Shown: positions 1 through 11,600 of the stretch, one piece after another
How positions within the stretch are numbered: position 1 is the stretch's first letter
How the letters are laid out: every line of letters starts with the position of its first letter
From: Balanoglossus misakiensis
Taxonomy: Eukaryota; Animalia; Hemichordata
Reading direction: 5' to 3'
DNA: 64,000 nt
NCBI GenBank assembly: GCA_040954595.2
Contig: CM082589.2
Location: 11,668,894 to 11,732,893, forward strand
Program-made: the position numbers and the translations under genes
Notes under the pieces: model-generated
The model's database searches: none
The model's input: the letters and a program-made list of their open reading frames with translations, nothing else
Told to the model about the DNA's origin: nothing

Positions 1-354
1 AATTTCATACATCATCAGATATCCAAATATGAAAAAATGAATTAGATATATTTAAGATGATTATCCAAAATTAGCTGATATCTGATAAATGTAGTATTGA
101 ACCGTTCTGTTTCCCCCCCTACATTATATGCGGTACGCCGATGTCAGCTTACCCGGCAGTACTGCAGGCCGTGCCCCCAACTAACGTCGGTGTTTGAAAC
201 GCCCTGGTTAAATTCGAGCTTTCTCTATAAATTGACAGGCAATAATGCAGTCCTACCCGAACAAATGTCGAGTGTTGACCCGCTGTGACTTTCCCTCTTC
301 GGTTTGCCCGACTTAGCCAACGTCTTTGTACTAATGTGTCGGGTCTTTTGCAGA

Positions 355-1195
355 GCCAGGCCGAAGGAAATCCAACTTGATCACCGTTGCTAACGAACGC
401 TAGTGTCTGTCATGGTGTGCCGGGGTTTTAGTCGAGCCAGGCCGTACGAGATCTGACTTGATCATCGTGGTCTATGTAAGCGTGTTTCCGCTCTAAAGTG
501 CCGGGGTTTCAGCTAAACCAGGCCGTAGGAAATCCGACGTAATCACCGTTGATAACTTACGACAGTCTGTGTCATATAGAGCCGGTGCACCAGCCGAGTC
601 ACGCCGTAGGAAATCTGACTTGATCAACGTGGTCAATGTACGCCTGTTTCTGCTCTAGAGTGCCGGGGCTTCAACTGAGCCAGGCCGTAGGAAACCCGAC
701 GTGATTACCGTTGTTAACTAACGCCAGTCTGTGTCCTATATATAGTGCCGGGGCATCAGCCGTGCCAGGCCGAAGGAAATGTGAGTAGATCAACGTGGTC
801 TCTGTACTCATGTTTCTGCTCTAGAGTGTCAGGGCTTTAGCAAAGCCATGCCGTAGGAAATCTGTCTTGATCAACGTTGCTAACGAACGCTAGTGTCTGT
901 CATAGTGTGCCGGGGTTTTTAGTCGAGCCAAGCCGTAGGAGATCAGACTTGATCAACGTGGTCTCTGTACGCGTGTTTCTGCTCTAGAGTGCCGGGGCTT
1001 TATCCAAGCCATGCCGTAGAAAATCTGACTTGATCACCGTTGCTAACGTACGCTAGTGTCTGTCATATTGTGACGGAGATTTAGCCGAGCCAGGCTGTAA
1101 AAAAATCGACTTGTTCAACGTTACCAGTGTGCAACTGTTTCTGCTCTAGAGTGTCAGGGTTTTAGCCGACTTGTAGGAAATCTGAGTTGATGAAC
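355..1195. repeat. Internal minisatellite of the unit (first copy): ~10 monomers of 81 bp (one of 84 bp) alternating two types
   Basis: GCCAGGCCG(T/A)AGGAAAT-like anchors occur at 355, 436, 517, 598, 679, 763 and onward. Type A carries ATCACCGTTG(C/A)TAAC..AGT(G/C)T; type B carries ATCAACGTGGTC..GTTTCTGCTCTAGAG. Confidence 0.93.
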
Positions 1196-1239
1196 GGGAA
1201 TTCAATGTTAGAAAACCCGTGTGGAAAGTATCTCTACCC

Positions 1240-2130
1240 GTTTGGAACTAAGAAAAGAATTTATTCTTATTTATTTTGTGAAAAAGACAATATTTCGAAA
1301 AAAAGTCGAAAATGGTAATTTTGTCTTGGGTGATTCAAATTATACCGCCTTTTCTGGAATTTGCAGCACTTTTTACAAGAGAACGACACTTCATGCTCCA
1401 TAATATTTCCGAAAATGAAGAAAAGAGTTAATTTTTTATGATTTTTTAAAAATTTACCATTTTTGTCAAAATATGGCCAACATGGCTATTTTTTCTTGAA
1501 TTCCGTCAATATCTCTGCATTTTTGGAGTGGTCGAAAAATTTAACATACAATCAACATGTCATATATGATCGGGGCACCAAATTCGTAGAACAAAGGTTT
1601 TTTTATTTTATTTTTCTAAAAATGACATTTTCAAGGAAAATTTGGTAAAACGCAATTTTGTCTGCAGTGAGCCAAATTAGACGGTCTTTTGTGGAATTTG
1701 TATCGATATATACATACGAAGAGCATTCTATACTCCATCAGATTTCCGAAAATGTAGAAAACAGGTATTTTTTGTAATTTTGAAAAAAATTTCCATTTTG
1801 ACCAAATTGTGGCTAAAATTGTTATTTTCGTGTTGGTGCCGCCAGTGTCACTGCTTTTAAAAGTCATAAAAACTTTTAACATACAATTAATTCTTTATAT
1901 ATGATCAGGTCACCGAATTAAAAAAATAAAGAATGTTTTGCCTAAAAATGACCTTTTAGGTGCAAAAACGAATAAAACGTAATTTTGTATTAAATCAGCT
2001 CATTCAGAGTGCATTTTTTATAATCAGCACCATTTTTACATATAATGGAAATTTCATACATCATCAGATATCCAAATATGAAAAAATGATTTAGATTTTA
2101 GATGATTGTCCAAAATTAGCTGATATCTAA
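1240..2130. repeat. AT-rich segment of the unit (first copy), made of ~2.7 diverged ~335-bp subrepeats
   Basis: CCATAATATTTCCGAAAATG (~1398), CCATCAGATTTCCGAAAATG (~1735) and CATCAGATATCCAAATATG (~2062) are related. So are ATATGATCGGGGCACCAAATT (~1564) and ATATGATCAGGTCACCGAATT (~1899). Confidence 0.8.
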
Positions 2131-5100
2131 TAAATGTAGTATTGAACCGTTCTGTTCCCCCCCCCCCCCTACATTATATGCGGTACACCGATGTCAGCTT
2201 ACCCGGCAGTACTGCAGGCCGTGCCCCCAACTAACGTCGGTGTTTGAAACGCCCTGGTTAAATTCGGGCTTTCTCTATAAATTGACAGGCAATAATGCAG
2301 TCCTACCGGAACAAATGTCGAGTGTTGACCCGCTGTGACTTTCCCTCTTCGGTTTGCCCGACTTAGCCAACGTCTTTGTACTAGAGTGTCGGGTCTTTTG
2401 GAGAGCCAGGCCGAAGGAAATCCGACTTGATCACCGTTGCTAACGAACGCTAGTGTCTGTCATGGTGTGCCGGGGTTTTAGTCGAGCCAGGCCGTAGGAA
2501 ATCCGACTTGATCACCGTTGCTAACGAACGCTAGTGTCTGTCATGGTGTGCCGGGGTTTTAGTCGAGCCAGGCCGTAGGAAATCCGACGTAATCACCGTT
2601 GATAACTTACGCCAGTCTGTGTCATATAGAGCCGGTGCACCAGCCGAGTCACGCCGTAGGAAATCTTACTTGATCAACGTGGTCAATGTACGCCTGTTTC
2701 TGCTCTAGAGTGCCGGGGCTTCAGCTGAGCCAGGCCGTAGGAAACCCGACGTGATTACCGTTGTTAACTTACGCCAGTTTGTGTCCTATATATAGTGCCG
2801 GGGCATCAGCCGTGCCAGGCCGAAGGAAATGTGAGTAGATCAACGTGGTCTCTGTACGCGTGTTTCTGCTCTAGAGTGCCAGGGCTTTAGCCAAGCCATG
2901 CCGTAGGAAATCTGACTTGATCACCGTTGCTAACGAACGCTAGTGTCTGTCATAGTGTGCCGGGGTTTTAGTCGAGCCAAGCCGTAGGAGATCAGACTTG
3001 ATCAACGTGGTCTCTGTACGCGTGTTTCTGCTCTAGAGTGCCGGGGCTTTATCCAAGCCATGCCGTAGAAAATCTAACTTGGTCACCGTTGCTAACGTAC
3101 GCTAGTGTCTGTCATATTGTGACGGAGATTTAACCGAGCCAGGCCGTAGAAAAATCGACTTGTTCAACGTTACCAGTGTGCAACTGTTTCTGCTCTAGAG
3201 TTTCAGGGTTTTAGCCGACTTATGCTGTAGGAAATCTGAGTTGATGAACGGGAATTCAATGTTAGAAAACCCGTGTGGAAAGTATCTCTACCCGTTTGAA
3301 ACTAAGAAAAGAATTTATTCTTATTTATTTTGTAAAAAAGACAATTTTTCGAAAAAAAAGTCGAAAATGGTAATTTTGTCTTGGGTGATTCAAATTATAC
3401 CACCTTTTCTGGAATTTGCAGCACTTTTTACAAGAGAACGACACTTCATGCTCCATAATATTTCCGAAAATGAAGAAAAGAGTTTATTTTTTATGATTTT
3501 TTAAAAATTTACCATTTTTGTCAAAATATGGCCAAAATGGCTATTTTTTCTTGAATTCCGTCAATATCTCTGCATTTTTGGAGTTGTCGAAAGTTTTAAC
3601 ATACAATCAACATGTCATATATGATCAGGGCACCAAATTCGAAGAACAAAGGTTTTTTTATTTTTTTTTCTAAAAATGACATTTTCAAGGAAAATTTGGT
3701 AAAACGCAATTTTGTCTGCAGTAAGCCATATTAGACTGTCTTTTTTTTTGGAATTTCTATCGATATATACATACGAAGAGCATTCTATACTCCATCAGAT
3801 TTCCGAAAATGTAGAAAACAGGTATTTTTTGTAATTTTCAAAAATTTACCATTTTGACCAAATTGTGGCTAAAATTGTTATTTTCGTGTTGAATGCCGCC
3901 AGTGTCACAGCTTTTAAAAGTCATAAAAACTTTTAACATACAAGCAATTGTTTATATATGATCAGGTCACCGAATTAAAAAAATAAAGAATGTTTTGCCT
4001 AAAAATGACCTTTTTGGTGTAAAAACGAATAATACGCAATTTTGTATTAAATCAGAATGCATTTTTATAATCAGCACCATTTTTACATATAATGGAAATT
4101 TCATACATCATCAGATATCCAAATATGAAAAAATGATTTAGATTTTAAATGATTGTCCAAAATTAGCTGATATCTAATAAATGTAGTATGAACCGTTCTG
4201 TTCCCCCCTCCCCCCACATTATATGCGGTACGCCGATGTCAGCTTACCCGGCAGTACTGCAGGCCGTGCCCCCAACTAACGTCGGTGTTTGAAACGCCCT
4301 GGTTAAATTCGGGCTTTCTCTATATATTGACTGGCAATAATGCAGTCCTACCCGAACAAATGTCAAGTGTTGAACCGCTGTGACTTTCCCTCTTCGGTTT
4401 GCCCGACTTAGCCAACGCCTATGTACTAGAGTGTCGGGTCTTTTGCAGAGCCAGGCCGAAGGAAATCCGACTTGATCACCGTTGCTAACGAACGCTAGTG
4501 TCTGTCATGGTGTGCCGGGGTTTTAGTCGAGCCAGGCCGTAGGAGATCTGACTTGATCATCGTGGTCAATGTACGCGTGTTTCCGCTCTAAAGTGCCGGG
4601 GCTTCAGCTAAACCAGGCCGAAGGAAATCCGACGTAATCACCGTTGATAACTTACGCCAGTCTGTGTCATATAGAGCCGGTGCACCAGCCGAGTAACGCC
4701 GTAGGAAATCTGACTTGATCAACGTGGTCAATGTACGCCTGTTTCTGCTCTAGAGTGCCGGGGCTTCAGCTGAGCCAGGCCGTAGGAAACCCGACGTGAT
4801 TACCGTTGTTAACTTACGCCAGTCTGTGTCCTATATATAGTGCCGGGGCATCAGCCGTGCCAGGCCGAAGGAAATGTGAGTAGATCAACGTGGTCTCTGT
4901 ACGCGTGTTTCTGCTCTAGAGTGCCGGGGCTTTATCCAAGCCATGCCGTAGAAAATCTGACTTGATCACCGTTGCTAACGTTTGCTAGTGTCTGTCATAT
5001 TGTGACGGAGATTTAGCCGAGCCAGGCTATAGAAAAATCGACTTGTTCAACGTTACCAGTGTGCAACTGTTTCTGCTCTAGAGTGTCAGGGTTTTAGCCG

Positions 5101-7924
5101 ACTTATGCTGTAGGAAATCTGAGTTGATGAACGGGAATTCAATGTTAGAAAACCCGTGTGGAAAGTATCTCTACCCGTTTGAAACTAAGAAAAGAATTTA
5201 TTCTTATTTATTTTGTAAAAAAGACAATTTTTCGAAAAAAAGTCGAAAATGGTAATTTTGTCTTGGGTGATTCAAATTATACCGCCTTTTCTGGAATTTG
5301 CAGCACTTTTTACAAGAGAACGACACTTCATGCTCCATAATATTTCCGAAAATGAAGAAAAGAGTTAATTTTTTATGATTATTTAAAAATTTACCATTTT
5401 TGTCAAAATATGGCCAAAATGGCTATTTTTTCTTGAATTCCGTCAATATCTCTGCATTTTTGGAGTGGTCGAAAGTTTTAACATACAATCAACATATCAT
5501 ATATGATCAGGGCACCAAATTTGAAGAACAAAGGTTTTTTTCTTTCTTTTTTCTTCTAAAAATGACATTTTCAAGGAAAATTTGGTAAAACGCAATTTTG
5601 TCTGCAGTGAGCCAAATTAGACGGTCTTTTGTGGAATTTGTATCGATATATACATACGAAGAGCATTCTATACTCCATCAGATTTCCGAAAATGTAGAAA
5701 ACAGGTATTTTTTGTAATTTTCAAAAATTTACCATTTTGACCAAATTGTGGCTAAAATTGTTATTTTCGTGTTGAATGCCGCCAGTGTCACTGCTTTTAA
5801 AAGTCATAAAAACTTTTAACATACAAGCAATTGTTTATATATGATCAGGTCACCGAATTAAAAAAATAAAGAATGTTTTGCCTAAAAATGACCTTTTTGG
5901 TGCAAAAATGAATAAAACGCAATTTTGTATTAAATCAGAATGCATTTTTTATAATCAGCACCATGTTTACATATAATGGAAATTTCATACATCATCAGAT
6001 ATCCAAATATGAAAAAATGATTTAGATTTTAGATGATTGTCCAAAATTAGCTGATATCTAATAAATGTAGTATTGAACCGTTCTGTCCCCCCCCCCCCCC
6101 CTACATTATATGCGGTACGCCGATGTCAGCTTACCCGGCAGTACTGCAGGCCGTGCCCCCAACTAACGTCGGTGTTTGAAACGCCCTGGTTAAATTCGGG
6201 CTTTCTCTATAAATTGACAGGCAATAATGCAGTCCTACCCAAACAAATGTCAAGTGTTGAACCGCTGTGACTTTCCCTCTTCAGTTTGCCCGACTTAGCC
6301 AACGTCTTTGTACTAGAGTGTCGGGTCTTTTGCAGAGCCAGGCCGAAGGAAATCCGAGTAGATCAACGTGGTCTCTGTACGCGTGTTTCTGCTCTAGAGT
6401 GCCAGGGCTTTAGCCAAGCCATGCCGTAGGAAATCTGACTTGATCAACGTTGCTAACGAACGCTAGTGTCTGTCATAGTGTGCCGGGGTTTTAGTCGAGC
6501 CAAGCCGTAGGATATCAGACTTGATCAACGTGGTCTCTGTACGCGTGTTTCTGCTCTAGAGTGCCGGGGCTTTATCCAAGCCATGCCGTAGAAAATCTGA
6601 CTTGATCACCGTTGCTAACGTACGCTAGTGTCTGTCATATTGTGACGGAGATTTAGCCGAGCCAGGCCGTAGAAAAATCGACTTGTTCAACGTTACCAGT
6701 GTGCAACTGTTTCTGCTCTAGAGTGTCAGGGTTTCAGCCGACTTATGCTGTAGGAAATCTGAGTTGATGAACGGGAATTCATTGTTAGAAAACCCGTGTG
6801 GAAAGTATCTTTACCCGTTTCAAACTAAGAAAAGAATTTATTCTTATTTATTTTGTAAAAAAGACAATATTTCGAAAAAAAGTCGAAAATGGTAATTTTG
6901 TCTTGGGTGATTCAAATTATACCGCCTTTTCTGGAATTTGCAGCACTTTTTACAAGAGAACGACACTTCATGCTCCATAATATTTCCGAAAATGAAGAAA
7001 GGAGTTAATTTTTTATGATTTTTTAAACATTTACCATTTTTGTCAAAATATGGCCAAAATGGCTATTTTTTCTTGAATTCCGTCAATATCTCTGCATTTT
7101 TGGAGTGGTCGAAAGTTTTAACATACAATCAACATGTCATATATGATCGGGGCACCAAATTCGAAAAAGAAAGGTTTTTTTATTTTTTTTTCTAAAGATG
7201 ACATTTTCAAGGAAAATTTGGTAAAACGCAATTTTGTCTGAAGTGAGCCAAATTAGACGGTCTTTTGTGGAATTTGTAACGATATATATATACGAAGAGC
7301 ATTCTATACTCCATCAGATTTCCGAAAATGTAGAAAACAGGTATTTTTTGTAATTTTCAAAAATTTACCATTTTGACCAAATTGTGGCTAAAATTGTTAT
7401 TTTCGTGTTGAATGCCGCCAGTGTCACTGCTTTTAAAAGTCATAAAAACTTTTAACAAACAAGCAATTGTTTATATATGATCAGGTCACCGAATTAAAAA
7501 AATAAAGAATGTTTTGCCTAAAAATGACCTTTTTGGTGCAAAAAAGATTAAAACGCAATTTTGTATTAAATTGTCCAAAATTAGCTGATATCTAATAAAT
7601 GTAGTATTGAACCGTTCTGTTCCACCCCCCCCCCCTACATTATATGCGGTACGCCGATGTCAGCTTACCCGGCAGTACTGCAGGCCGTGCCCCCAACTAA
7701 CGTCGGTGTTTGAAACGCCCTGGTTAAATTCGGGCTTTCTCTAGAAATTGACAGGCAATAATGCAGTCCTACCCGAACAAATGTCAAGTGTTGAACCGCT
7801 GTGACTTTCCCTCTTCGGTTTGCCCGACTTAGCCAACGTCTTTAGCTTCAGCTAAACCAGGCCGTAGGAAATCCGACGTAATCACCGTTGATAACTTACG
7901 CCAGTCTGTGTCATATAGAGCCGG

Positions 7925-8582
7925 TGTAAGTGCAGTCCTCCCTGATTGGATGGCTGTGTGTGCAGGTGCACATGCACATAGTGGTTATCCAATATGCAAA
8001 TTTCCTTTTCACTATAAATTGGCACCTCGCCAGTGTGCAAGTTTTCATTTCATCGTCAGGCCTTCTAGGCTACATGTTTGTGACCACTGCACTGCATGCT
8101 TTTTGAGCCCCTAAAAGCGTCACCATCTGAGGTAAGACTTACCTGTTTTATTTAGCGATACAGAGCGGTCTTTCAACAGAAGCAGCGACTATCCAGGACG
8201 CAGACTACTTCATTTATAAACCATTAATTTTGAGCGATTGAGTAGAATTGATTTGAATTTACTTACCTGTAAACGCTGTATTTTTGGAATTTGCTTTGTA
8301 ATTGAGTTTGAACTTCTGTATCGGCATTTTACATTTACCTTTGAATACTTACTTGAATTTATTTCGTCTATGTATTTGTTTATACAGAACCGTGTTGTAC
8401 CCGTGTTATACCAGTGTTATACCAGTATTAGAACCGTGTTATTACGTCGTGCACGGTCTATTTTGTATGCACCGAACAGTTTGCTCCTCGTAGAGAGTAA
8501 AATAAAAGGGGAATTTTTATACAACACGAGTGTCCAGAGTGTGTACTCCAGGGGCCCATGCAAGTAGGAATTGGATCCTACA
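7925..8582 (+). repeat. Putative 5' LTR of the BEL element (~658 bp)
   Basis: Starts TGTAAG and ends CCTACA (imperfect inverted termini). TATAAA lies at ~8013 and AATAAA at ~8501; the gag ATG follows at 8649. The right boundary is inferred because there is no second LTR to compare with. Confidence 0.65.
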
Positions 8583-8648
8583 TAGTTCTCAGATGACGTT
8601 GGACTGAAACCTGGTGTAACCGTGTACTAGCAGATACATTAGAAAGTC

Positions 8649-11600
8649 ATGGCAACTGGAAACGACGAGATGTTCCACGTTCCAGCAGCACCAGGCCCTG
8701 TCTCCGTCAAGAGTAGCAGTTCATCAAAAACAGCTAGCTCAACAAGAGAAGAAAAAGCCGGTAAGCCGATTGATTTAGTTCTCAAATTAAGGAGATCAAT
8801 TATCGCTTACCGCGGCCATATGACACGTATTTACATGGATGTAGAGACCATGTTAATGTCGTCGCCTGACTACCAAGCAGTTACCAAAAAGAAAGAAGAC
8901 TTGGATAGGATTTTTACTTCATATACAAATACTTGTTATGAATATCAGAAACATCTTTCAAGGTCCGAACAAGAAAGTGTACGACTTGAACACGAATCTG
9001 AAGTTAACAGAAAAGAGTGTCTGGAACAACGCCTGAAGAACTGGATTTCGTCTCATCGAATCACGATAACAACTCCGTCACGTGGGTTGGAGCCAGAAGT
9101 GCCACCAGCTTCACAAGAGGATGATGTCAACGGTTCAGCGGCTTCCAAAAATTCACGTCACTCTACCAAGGACCAGGTAAAATCTGTAAAAAAGAAATCA
9201 CATAGTCAAACGTCTTAGGGAAATGGTAACCGGCAGACAAGTAATATATGTTCTTTATCGAGTTCAAAGGCAAGTCGAGCTTCAAGAATTGCAAGAAGGA
9301 AGATATTGGAAACCCAGCTTGAACTTGAAAAGATACAGCAAGAAGAAGAAGCCAAAGCCAAGCTTCGTGATCTGCGACTTCGAGAAGAAGAAATAAAGAT
9401 GCAGTCAACATTGAAGATTCTAGACGTTCAACAGAAGTTAAAACAGGCTGAAATGGAGGCTGAATTAGCAGAAGAGGGAACTTCGTTTCATTCCAGAGAA
9501 TATTTTGTTGATACAAGTGAAGCAAGGATGACCAGTCCAAGTGAGAAGATTGACAGGTATTTCCAGTCTTTTCAAGATTATCACCCCCATGTATTGTCGA
9601 GTGGTCCCCCAGTAGAAGTTTCCCAGTTCAACACAACAACAACTTTGCTTAAAGAGAGACCGCTGTCCGAAAATGTGAAACAGTTGGAGGGCAATGTGGC
9701 AGCATTAAATCCGAATGCACCAGAATGGCAGCCCGTGGACCACAATATTGGGGAACAACTTTATAGAAATGAACCAAGTCCATTGCGGGATGGGCAACAC
9801 GAAATCCTACAGAGTATGATAAGACAACAGAGTGAAGCCAGGCAAGCACTTGTAACTAGTTTGAATTTGCCGAAGCGGGAATTCCTATCGTTTAATGGTG
9901 ACCCAGTAGTGTACCCCACGTTCACCAGAAATGTTGAGATAAACATTGTAAAGGGAACAACCGATGATGGCACTAGATTGGCTTATCTCATCCAATACTG
10001 CACTGGACCAGCCAAAGAAGCAATCAAGAACTGTGTGATTCTACCTCCAGAACAAGGTTACACTGAAGCAAGGAAAATATTATACCAGAATTTCGGCCAG
10101 AAACACACGATCGTCCATGCAACCATAGACAAAGTCGTCAAGGGACCACAGATCAAGGCCACGGACACATCAAAGTTGCTACAGTTGGCACGTGACATGA
10201 ATAATTGTCATATGTGTTCCAGCCAAATGAAATACACCGCTGATCTGAACTCCATGGATACATTGGAGAAGATAGTGAGACGCCTACCTACATTTCTACA
10301 AGCAGATTGGGCAAAAGAAGCTGGAAGAATGATTTACTCCGGTATTGAACCAGAATTCATCCATCTGACAGCGTTTTTGGAGAAGCGAGCAGCCTTGGCC
10401 AATACAAGATTCGGGATGTTGGTTGGATCAAAACCAGAACCAGAGAGAGACGTAAAGTCCAGGGTCAAACAATTCACCAAGGCTACTACTTTTACCACAC
10501 AAGTAAGTCATGAAATGTACGGCAAGACGCAAGACAAACCCTACTGCCAATCCAAGAGAGAAATTAGATGTCTTTTCTGCCAAGGACAACACCAACTGCA
10601 GAGATGCCGGAAGTTTGCCAGGAAGTCGTTCATGGAGAAGAAAACGTTTGTGCGAAAACAGAACCTCTGTGATTGTTGTCTGGAAGCAACCCCTCGACAC
10701 TTCGCTAAAAACTGCAAAAGTGGATTGTTTTGTCCAGTAACTGACTGTGGAAGACTTCACCACCCATTACTACACCCAGTATCGTCACATCCTAGCCAGT
10801 CGTCAAATGAAGTGTATCCCAGTGGAAGTGGTAGACCAGCTCCACCCACAACACGTCTTGGGAAGAATAAAGACGAGAAAAGTGACGGGAATTCTGAAGT
10901 AACCAATGGGGCCGGTAACACCGTTCATTGTAAAGCAACCAGGACAAACAAGCCACGTATCAGCCTACAAGTTGTACCAGTCCGAGTAAGTGGAGTGGAG
11001 GGAGGAGCAGAGATTGAAACTTATGCATTCCTGGACAATGGTTCAGACACAACAATATGTCTCTCATCTCTAGCAGACAGACTTGGTTTGGGTGGACAAC
11101 CCATTACATATACACTTTCCACACTCGATGCTGAAACGAAGAAGTATGGACGTGAAGTTAAATTAGATGTACGAGGTCTACATAGAAATCAAAGTGTTCA
11201 TCTTGATAAGGTATGGACGACGGACAAACTTCCCATAACGGCAAACAGTATACCAACAGCAGAGGATACGAAGGAATGGTCTCATCTGAAGGATGTTGAA
11301 TTACCAGAATTGCAGAACAAGGAAGTCACAATCCTGATCGGTAACGACATTCCAGAAGCACACTGGGTCCTGGAGGAAAGACGTGCCGGGAGAAAACAAC
11401 CATACGCAATCCGAACATTACTTGGATGGACGTTGATTGGGCCGATGAAAGGAAAGAAAGAAACCAACTCATCAATCAACTTTATCAATATGGACCAGAT
11501 CATCGACAGTGATACTTCTATCAAAGGTATGGAGTCCATTTCATCACAATTGGAAAGGATGTACAATGCCGACTTCAACGAAAATCTAGTGGATACTAAA

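Noticed and set aside
150-178. GCAGTACTGCCGGG (minus strand) resembling the U2 snRNA 3' loop
   Set aside because: No U2 5' end, branch-pairing region in context, or Sm site at the right spacing.
355-1195. 81/84-bp monomers as a 27-aa repeat protein or a CRISPR-like array
   Set aside because: Stops recur in all frames (e.g. CTCTAG on both strands). The monomers are homologous along their whole length with no unique spacers, there are no cas genes, and the context is eukaryotic.
2046-2075. Minus-strand CTGATGA-TGTAT-GAAA resembling a hammerhead ribozyme core
   Set aside because: No stem II closing pair and no convincing stems I/III; the homologous subrepeat lacks the motif.
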